Part shown: piece by piece, positions 58,806 through 64,000 of the stretch
Position numbering within the stretch: position 1 is the stretch's first letter
Layout of the letters: each line of letters begins with the position of its first letter
Origin: an uncultured Bacteroidales bacterium
Lineage (GTDB): Bacteria; Bacteroidota; Bacteroidia; Bacteroidales; WCHB1-69
Direction of reading: 5' to 3'
DNA: 64,000 nucleotides
NCBI GenBank assembly: GCA_900316305.1
Contig: ONCM01000002.1
Span: 37,967-101,966, forward strand
The notes under the pieces: model-generated
Database searches by the model: none
Seen by the model: the letters and a program-made list of their open reading frames with translations, nothing else
Told to the model about the DNA's origin: nothing
Translations under genes and position numbers: made by a program

Positions 58806-59315
58806 ATGAAAACGGAAGATGCTATTTTTGAGGATTTAGAAACAAGATGCTGTAAATTAAAATATTACAGAGGATCGCTAATGCAATTTGCGAACGACTT
58901 GCTGACGAAGGGACGCGGCGATGGGGAAGTATGTCGGATATGTGAAATATCTCCGGTAATCATCAATGACATGAAAACGGCTGGATTGGAGTTGCACTCT
59001 AATGACATTATTGTCACGCAACGACAGATCTTCAAGTATCGGAATCACCCCAAAACGACCAAAGGCGCTAACCTCCCTGTGGAAGACTATGGAATTATCG
59101 AGGCGGCGCTGAAGAATTCCACAAACATATACGAAGACACGGTCCAGAAGCACCTAGTGTATGTGTATACACATCCTTATCGTGAAGACCGATTGATGAA
59201 GGTGGTGGTTGAGACGAATTTTAGAAGCCATGGGACTGTGGTCAACCTGGCAAAGTCGTGGGGGATCGTGCAACATGAAAACATGCGGGGTGGGCAATTC
59301 CGCCTTGTCAGATGA
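58806..59315 (+). CDS. hypothetical protein (weak resemblance to phage/conjugative-element PBECR-type nuclease domains)
   Basis: 169-aa ORF in AT-rich DNA. The pattern ...IIVTQRQIFKYRNHP...DYGIIEAALKN...LVYVYTH...MKVVVET... recalls Barnase-EndoU-ColicinE5/D-RelE-like modules. The function is not established. Confidence 0.5.
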   Translation: MKTEDAIFEDLETRCCKLKYYRGSLMQFANDLLTKGRGDGEVCRICEISPVIINDMKTAGLELHSNDIIVTQRQIFKYRNHPKTTKGANLPVEDYGIIEAALKNSTNIYEDTVQKHLVYVYTHPYREDRLMKVVVETNFRSHGTVVNLAKSWGIVQHENMRGGQFRLVR

Positions 59316-59346
59316 AAAAAAAGAGGATGCGAAGCACCCTCTTTTG
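59314..59346. terminator. bidirectional rho-independent terminator
   Basis: aaaaaaaAGAGGATGCgaaGCACCCTCTtttg serves the plus-strand ORF ending at 59315 and the minus-strand tRNA-like RNA. Confidence 0.75.
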
Positions 59347-59428
59347 TACTGGCGGAGGGAGTCGAACCCTCAATATGGTGGCTTGCAGTCAAGTCACCCC
59401 CGCTACCATGTTGCGACCATCAACCAAT
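59347..59428 (-). ncRNA. tRNA-like small RNA (T-arm, D-arm and acceptor-like pairing, but no canonical anticodon arm); alternatively a tRNA pseudogene or att remnant
   Basis: On the minus strand there is a perfect T-arm, GAGGG-TTCGACT-CCCTC. The 3' CGCCAGT-A pairs 6/7 with the 5' ATTGGTT. D-arm-like TCGC-AACATGGTA-GCGG. The anticodon position holds a 22-nt hairpin GGTGaCTTG-ACTG-CAAGcCACC. It has its own -7 box and terminator. Confidence 0.5.
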
Positions 59429-59438
59429 GTTTCAACGG

Positions 59439-59446
59439 CAAAAATA
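59439..59446 (-). promoter_or_regulatory. -7 box (TATTTTTG on minus strand) of the tRNA-like RNA
   Basis: caaaaata lies 11 nt upstream of the proposed RNA 5' end. Confidence 0.5.
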
Positions 59447-59566
59447 CACTTTTTTTAATATCCCAACATTGTTCGATAAATTTTTTTGAAACCGCAAAAC
59501 ATTTGCAATTGACCGTTGACCGATTGGGGAAAACATCTTCCATCGAAACATCTCTGCTATCGTCCT

Positions 59567-59610
59567 GTGTATATTCTGCGTATAGCGTGTGTATAGCGTG
59601 TGGTGCTCAA
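59567..59610. repeat. 11-bp-period tandem repeat block 0 (GTGTATAGCGT-like, 4 units)
   Basis: gtgtatattct gcgtatagcgt gtgtatagcgt gtggtgctcaa. Confidence 0.8.
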
Positions 59611-59629
59611 AATGCACAAGACACACCCA

Positions 59630-59657
59630 GGCGACAACCTAAATCAGTCGCAAATGA
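59630..59657 (+). repeat. 28-nt direct repeat, copy a
   Basis: ggcgacaacctaaatcagtcgcaaatga is identical at 59852-59879. A degenerate third copy (gtgacaacctgaattagcgaatca) lies at about 59696-59719. Confidence 0.85.
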
Positions 59658-59726
59658 TTAACCCTGTCAACTCAGATCAGTCGTAAGGCACAAAAGTGAC
59701 AACCTGAATTAGCGAATCACACAATT

Positions 59727-59792
59727 TCCAAGTATCTTTCAAGTAACTATCAAGTAACTTCCAAGTAACTTCCAAGTAACTTCCAACTCTCC
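59727..59792. repeat. 11-bp tandem repeat block 1 (TCCAAGTAACT, 6 units)
   Basis: tccaagtatct ttcaagtaact atcaagtaact tccaagtaact tccaagtaact tccaactctcc. Confidence 0.9.
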
Positions 59793-59796
59793 GCGC

Positions 59797-59851
59797 GTAG
59801 GGCTATCGTGCGGCTATCGTAGGGCTAGCGTTCGGATAGCGTGTGAATACC
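59797..59851. repeat. 11-bp tandem repeat block 2 (GTAGGGCTATC-like, 5 units)
   Basis: gtagggctatc gtgcggctatc gtagggctagc gttcggatagc gtgtgaatacc. Confidence 0.85.
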
Positions 59852-59879
59852 GGCGACAACCTAAATCAGTCGCAAATGA
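59852..59879 (+). repeat. 28-nt direct repeat, copy b
   Basis: Identical to 59630-59657. Confidence 0.85.
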
Positions 59880-59896
59880 AGAGGGCAAGAAGACTC

Positions 59897-59940
59897 CAAG
59901 AATGGTCCTAGAATGGTCTAAGAAGAGTCCTAGAAGGGTG
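59897..59940. repeat. 11-bp tandem repeat block 3 (CTAGAATGGTC-like, 4 units)
   Basis: caagaatggtc ctagaatggtc taagaagagtc ctagaagggtg. Confidence 0.8.
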
Positions 59941-60035
59941 AGATGACTGTCAGCCGCAGTTTTTTCTCGCCTTTGCAATACATGTTCTGAAAAATGCTAT
60001 TTTTGCAAAAGTATTTGCCAAAATAGTTGAATAGT

Positions 60036-61046
60036 ATGCCAAATTCCAAAAATGCAGATGTTCGCATCAAGGTCATTGACCGCTGTTTGAGTGACAAAAA
60101 CCGCAAGTATTCGATGGCGGAGATGATGGAATTATGCAATGAGGAATTGGAACTACATGACTTTCCTCCCGTGTCGGCCATGAACACCATTCGCGGCGAC
60201 ATAGAACAGATTCAACGAATATACGCTCCGAATGCGGATGTGGAAAGTTTCCGGGAGGGACGTAACATCCGCTATCACTATGCCGATCCCGACTTCTCCA
60301 TCTACAGGCCGCTGTTGAAGCCCGAGGAGACCGCGCAGCTCATCCAGACACTCTGCTTGCTGAAACGGTTCAAAGGGATGCCGCAGTTCGACTGGATCAC
60401 CGAGATTTCCGACCGCTTGGGTGCTTCGTTGAAAATCGATGAGGTATCCACGGACGAGGTGGTCGGGTTTGACGAAAACATGGATTTGGAAGGGCTGGAC
60501 CACTTCACGCCGTTGTTCAACGCCATCAGCGAAAAACGGACATTGTGCATCACCTACAAAAGCTTCAAGCAGGACAAGGAGGTGGAATACGTGGTCTATC
60601 CCTATTATCTGAAACAGTACAACAAGCGGTGGTTCCTGATTGCCAGGAATGAAGGTTATGAGACGTTGACCAACTACGCCCTCGACCGTATTCTGGGCAT
60701 CAAAGAGACGGATGTGCCGTTCCAACCCGCCGACATCAACTTCGCCGACTATTTTGACGAGATGATCGGGGTGTCCAAAGATTCAAACACGGAGCCCACG
60801 CTCGTCAAGCTGTGGGTCTCCCCGGTCTCGTGGCCCTACGTCCGCACCAAGCCCCTCCATGGCACGCAAAAGAAGGCCGCAGAAGATGCCACCGGCGCCG
60901 TCATCACCATCGAAGTGTATCTGAACTACGAGCTGGAACAACTGATCCTGTCCTTTGGCGAAAACATGGAAGTGCTTGAACCGAAATGGTTTAGGGAGAA
61001 GATAAAGACGAGGATAGGGAAGGGGTTGGAGAGGTATGGGGAATAG
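60036..61046 (+). CDS. WYL-domain transcriptional regulator (HTH + WYL + C-terminal domain)
   Basis: ATG at 60036, downstream of a tatttttg box at 59998-60005. N-terminal HTH-like VIDRCLSDKNRKYSMAEMMELC. WYL hallmark VVYPYYLKQYNKRWFLIARNE. Confidence 0.8.
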   Translation: MPNSKNADVRIKVIDRCLSDKNRKYSMAEMMELCNEELELHDFPPVSAMNTIRGDIEQIQRIYAPNADVESFREGRNIRYHYADPDFSIYRPLLKPEETAQLIQTLCLLKRFKGMPQFDWITEISDRLGASLKIDEVSTDEVVGFDENMDLEGLDHFTPLFNAISEKRTLCITYKSFKQDKEVEYVVYPYYLKQYNKRWFLIARNEGYETLTNYALDRILGIKETDVPFQPADINFADYFDEMIGVSKDSNTEPTLVKLWVSPVSWPYVRTKPLHGTQKKAAEDATGAVITIEVYLNYELEQLILSFGENMEVLEPKWFREKIKTRIGKGLERYGE

Positions 61047-61119
61047 GTTCAGTATGAGTGAACGTGAAAGTTGTATTTTTGCCAGCAGAAAATTGAGAGA
61101 CAAACAAGAAACGGAAACT

Positions 61120-63588
61120 ATGGTGAATCGTATGGACAAGGACAAAATGGATCAGGTAAGAAAATGTCTTTGGATGGTAATGAGTACATTCAGAGGTATG
61201 AACAAAAATGCGACCTTATTTGTAGCCACGCTCCTCTATTTTAGAAAGCTGAACGGTTTGAGTGTTATAAGCGAGAACAATATGGTCAAAAACGAGAAAG
61301 GTTTATGTCATGCTGAACCTTTAGAACGTCTATGCTATGATCATGACATCGTTGAAAATGAGAAGAATGAAAAATTTAGAAGTTTGTTAGAAAGAACTCT
61401 TTCTGAATTTGAAGAATATTTTAAAGGGCATCTTGTCCCTGTGGTAGAGTTTGTGCATGCTTTGGTTGAATATGAGTTCACAGAAAAAGAATTATTGAGC
61501 ATTTACGATTTAGCAATTGATGATTCTTTGCAGATTGGCGAATCTTACATACCTAAAGAGTTGTCCGAATTGGTAGAATTTCTTGTTGATAAGGATTCAA
61601 AAAAAATTCTTGATCCTTTTGGTGGCAGAATGGTGTTTGCAACGACACTAATGGATAAAAGTTTTATTTCTTTTGAGACGGACGAATGGAATTGGGAGAT
61701 TGGAATGTTTCGTTTGGCAATAGCTGGTGTTTTAGAGCATAATAAGAATATTTATTTGGAAGGGTTTCTTAGTGATGTGAATGACAAGTTTGATGCAATT
61801 GTGACCATGCCACCGTTTGGAATAACGGGCGCTTCCCACGAATATCTGGATGAGTGGGCATTGGGCCGTTTCGACAAACTCACAAACGAACACGGACAAC
61901 TTGTCACAATTGTACCGATGTCTGTTTTGTTCAGAGGCAGTAAGATGCAAGTGGATGGTCCTAATACTAAAATCACCACAATTCGCAGAGACATCACTAA
62001 AAACAATTGGTTGGAATCGGTTATTTATTTGCCCTACAATATATTTCCAACAACAGGCGTGGCCGCAGTCGTCGTTGTTCTAAGGAAAAACAGAAAGGAG
62101 AACGACAAAGTACGTTTCATTGATGCATCCGACTGTTTCACCACTAAAAATAGGCTGAATGTTATTGATTTAGAAACAATCATCAGCCGTTACGACAACT
62201 GTGAGAATTTAATTTCCTCAGATGAGATTCTCAGAAACAATTCTTCATGGGATCTTCGATGGTATATTGAACAGAAAAAAATTGTTTTCGGGGAGGGTTA
62301 TACCGTAGTGAAGGTTTGCGATGTGATGACGCAGCTCCCAATTGTAAGCAAATTTGAAGACAAATCGGGTTATGTTGTTAACGTCGGAGATTTGTCCGAT
62401 GACGTTATCAACTATGAAAAAAAAACAGAGATGTTTACAAAAGGGGATAATTTGGAAAGAACGTCAAAAGTTGTTGAGCCTGTTATTCTGCTTTCAATGA
62501 TTCGTTCCCCCAAACCTACCTATTGTGAGGCCTCGGAAAGCAATCCTATCTTTATTAAGAATGATGTGGTGGCTTATAGAATCACAAATAGTTCCATCTA
62601 TCCGGGCTTCTTGTGCATGGAGTTGGCGAAAAGACTTAAGGCCTATACTGGTGCCATCATTCCACGACTTTCCAAATATCAGGTTCTGAACGCACTCATT
62701 GAGTTCCCCTCTCTTGACGAACAAAGAAGCTTTGTCGAACAAAAGAACTTGTTCGAAGAAGCGAAAAAGACAGCCCAAATGGCTAAAGTGAATGAGTTAG
62801 GGCTTCGAGAGGTGATCGAATCTATGAAAAATGACTATTCGAAAAGCATTCATGCGAGAAAACATGCTATCTCTCAAAACCTTTCCGCTTTTTCTGCTCT
62901 TTGGAATACTTTATATAGATTTAAGAATCAAAATGATGGCCGATTGTTCGATACCGATATCGTAAGTAAAAGCTATAATAGATCTGTGGCTGACGTGTTC
63001 GATGCTCTTAACGAAAGACTTAAAGTGATACTGCTTCAAGCTGATCATATAGCAGACGATGAGCCTGAATGGGGTCAAACCGAAGAAATCGAGCCTGATG
63101 CTTTTATTGAAGAATTTATTAAAACCCATAGTGACATTAGGTTTGAATATATTCACGAAGGATATAACGATGAAGAATATAATAACACGCTTAAGGAGAT
63201 AGAAATGGAATATTGGGCTAAAATAGTGTTCCCTCCCAAAGCATTGTTGAGAGTTTTTGAAAACATTGTTTCAAATGCAGTTGTTCATGGTTTTACCGAT
63301 CCGGATAGAAAAGATTATAAGATTCTAATATCTCAACAGCTTGTTGATGTTAATTGTTGGATTATTACTGTTTCCAATAATGGAGAATCCATTTCAGATG
63401 GGTTTGATGTTCAAAAAACTTTTGAATATGGATATACAACCAAGTCATCGGAAGGACATTCCGGAATAGGCGCATATCAAATAGATGAATTGATGAAGAA
63501 ATTTGGCGGTTCAGTTGAAATTATTTCAACACCTGAAGATTTATATACTGTAACTTATGTTTTGAAATTCAATGGAGTGAATGTTTAG
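61120..63588 (+). CDS. fusion protein: HsdM-like N6-adenine methyltransferase fold with degenerate catalytic motif, HsdS-type target-recognition domain, and histidine-kinase-like H-box with a GHKL (HATPase_c) domain
   Basis: A tatttttg box at 61074-61081 favours ATG 61120; the ORF is open from 61036. GESYIPKEL, ILDPFGG (61606-61626), TMPPF in place of NPPF/Y (61804-61818), LPYNIFPTTGVAAVVVVLRK. TRD ends IEFPSLDEQRSF. H-box-like SIHARKHAISQNL. N-box FENIVSNAVVHG. G-box GHSGIGAYQIDELMKKFGG. Confidence 0.7.
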   Translation: MVNRMDKDKMDQVRKCLWMVMSTFRGMNKNATLFVATLLYFRKLNGLSVISENNMVKNEKGLCHAEPLERLCYDHDIVENEKNEKFRSLLERTLSEFEEYFKGHLVPVVEFVHALVEYEFTEKELLSIYDLAIDDSLQIGESYIPKELSELVEFLVDKDSKKILDPFGGRMVFATTLMDKSFISFETDEWNWEIGMFRLAIAGVLEHNKNIYLEGFLSDVNDKFDAIVTMPPFGITGASHEYLDEWALGRFDKLTNEHGQLVTIVPMSVLFRGSKMQVDGPNTKITTIRRDITKNNWLESVIYLPYNIFPTTGVAAVVVVLRKNRKENDKVRFIDASDCFTTKNRLNVIDLETIISRYDNCENLISSDEILRNNSSWDLRWYIEQKKIVFGEGYTVVKVCDVMTQLPIVSKFEDKSGYVVNVGDLSDDVINYEKKTEMFTKGDNLERTSKVVEPVILLSMIRSPKPTYCEASESNPIFIKNDVVAYRITNSSIYPGFLCMELAKRLKAYTGAIIPRLSKYQVLNALIEFPSLDEQRSFVEQKNLFEEAKKTAQMAKVNELGLREVIESMKNDYSKSIHARKHAISQNLSAFSALWNTLYRFKNQNDGRLFDTDIVSKSYNRSVADVFDALNERLKVILLQADHIADDEPEWGQTEEIEPDAFIEEFIKTHSDIRFEYIHEGYNDEEYNNTLKEIEMEYWAKIVFPPKALLRVFENIVSNAVVHGFTDPDRKDYKILISQQLVDVNCWIITVSNNGESISDGFDVQKTFEYGYTTKSSEGHSGIGAYQIDELMKKFGGSVEIISTPEDLYTVTYVLKFNGVNV

Positions 63589-63602
63589 ACAAAATAATTG
63601 AT

Positions 63603-64000
63603 ATGGAAGAATTACAGGTACTTTGGGTTGAAGACAAAACGGAATTACATGAACCTTATTCAACAGAAGCTTATTATTATAAGATTAAGCTACATCCTTT
63701 TACTTGCTGGGAAAAAGCGAAACATGATCTCATAGCTAATTATGACGACTACTCTGCAATTATACTTGATGCAAAGTGTAAGATAAGAGAGGAAGATCCT
63801 GATGATGCCTTAGATTTTCTTCCTATAGTTATCAAGGAATTAAGCAATTATGCTATAGAAAAAAGACGGACTATCCCTTGGTTCATTTTGTCAGCAGGTG
63901 GTGCTGAAGTTGGCAGATTGAATTGGGTGAAAAAGCATAGAATGGATTGGGATGATTGGGAAAAAGATTTTTATAGTAAAAATATTGATCGAGAAACGTT
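63603..64000 (+). CDS. receiver (REC)-like domain protein, 3' end outside window
   Basis: ATG lies 14 nt after the preceding stop and the frame stays open to the window end. MEELQVLWVEDK (acidic pair), SAIILDAKC (candidate phospho-Asp), WFILSAGG (conserved S/T position). Confidence 0.55.
   Translation, partial: MEELQVLWVEDKTELHEPYSTEAYYYKIKLHPFTCWEKAKHDLIANYDDYSAIILDAKCKIREEDPDDALDFLPIVIKELSNYAIEKRRTIPWFILSAGGAEVGRLNWVKKHRMDWDDWEKDFYSKNIDRET

Noticed and set aside
59347-59428. Calling this a canonical tRNA gene (for example tRNA-Cys)
   Set aside because: No 5-bp/7-nt/5-bp anticodon arm exists in any register. The acceptor pairing is imperfect (6/7 with wobbles). The acceptor-to-D linker is 5 nt rather than 2. 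It is reported only as tRNA-like.
61036-61119. ORF-track start at 61036 for the fusion protein, overlapping the WYL stop
   Set aside because: A TAnnTTTG box at 61074-61081 lies downstream of that ATG, so the first ATG after the likely TSS (61120) is preferred. The upstream start cannot be excluded if the two genes are co-transcribed.
1-64000. Search for rRNA genes, integrase, transposase, IS elements or prophage structural genes
   Set aside because: No ORF showed integrase (R..H..R..Y), DDE-transposase or phage capsid/terminase-like motifs, and there is no rRNA-like sequence. Mobility of the AT-rich patches is therefore inferred only from composition and gene content.

Overview
This 64-kb window looks like a Bacteroidota chromosome, probably Bacteroidales or Prevotellaceae-like. 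I infer that from many TAnnTTTG -7 promoter boxes, lipoprotein signal peptides, and TonB-dependent receptor, GH92, FISUMP and DUF5689-type genes. No taxon can be assigned without a database search. Housekeeping genes are clear: the trpS 3' end, fbaA, thrS, kbl, pgi and aqpZ. Envelope and nutrient-uptake loci sit between them. These include a TonB-dependent receptor with two tandem OB-fold lipoproteins, an MFS transporter with a GH92 mannosidase, and a ~2050-aa alpha-2-macroglobulin. There is also a PadR-PspC-MacB-type ABC-adaptor-TolC operon, S9 and C69 peptidases, and an MBOAT pair. Four patches are visibly AT-rich and look accessory: about 22.5-26.5 kb, 28.9-29.9 kb, 49.3-52.0 kb and 58.7-64.0 kb. 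They carry one MazF-like and two HicAB toxin-antitoxin pairs and a 939-aa membrane-anchored TerB-like/AAA+ ATPase. The best candidate for a new system is at the right edge of the window. There a WYL regulator precedes a single large protein that fuses three modules. These are a type I R-M methylase fold with a degenerate catalytic motif (TMPPF), an HsdS-type target-recognition domain, and a histidine-kinase module. A receiver-domain protein follows and is cut by the window end. This module lies next to a promoter-to-terminator tRNA-like small RNA and a ~400-bp field of 11-bp-period tandem repeats. The intergenic DNA across the whole window is unusual. Nearly every gene boundary carries short tandem word repeats, mostly heptamers such as TTAGTAG, TTAGCAG, AATTATG, TAGAATG and GGTTATA, plus 10-11-nt CGATGAA-type units. 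There is also a family of 28-bp palindromes (GTAGAGACG...CGTCTCTAC) and a two-hairpin intercistronic element with compensatory stem changes. I saw no rRNA, canonical tRNA, CRISPR array, transposase or integrase. All calls come from reading the sequence and ORF track by eye; no searches were run.
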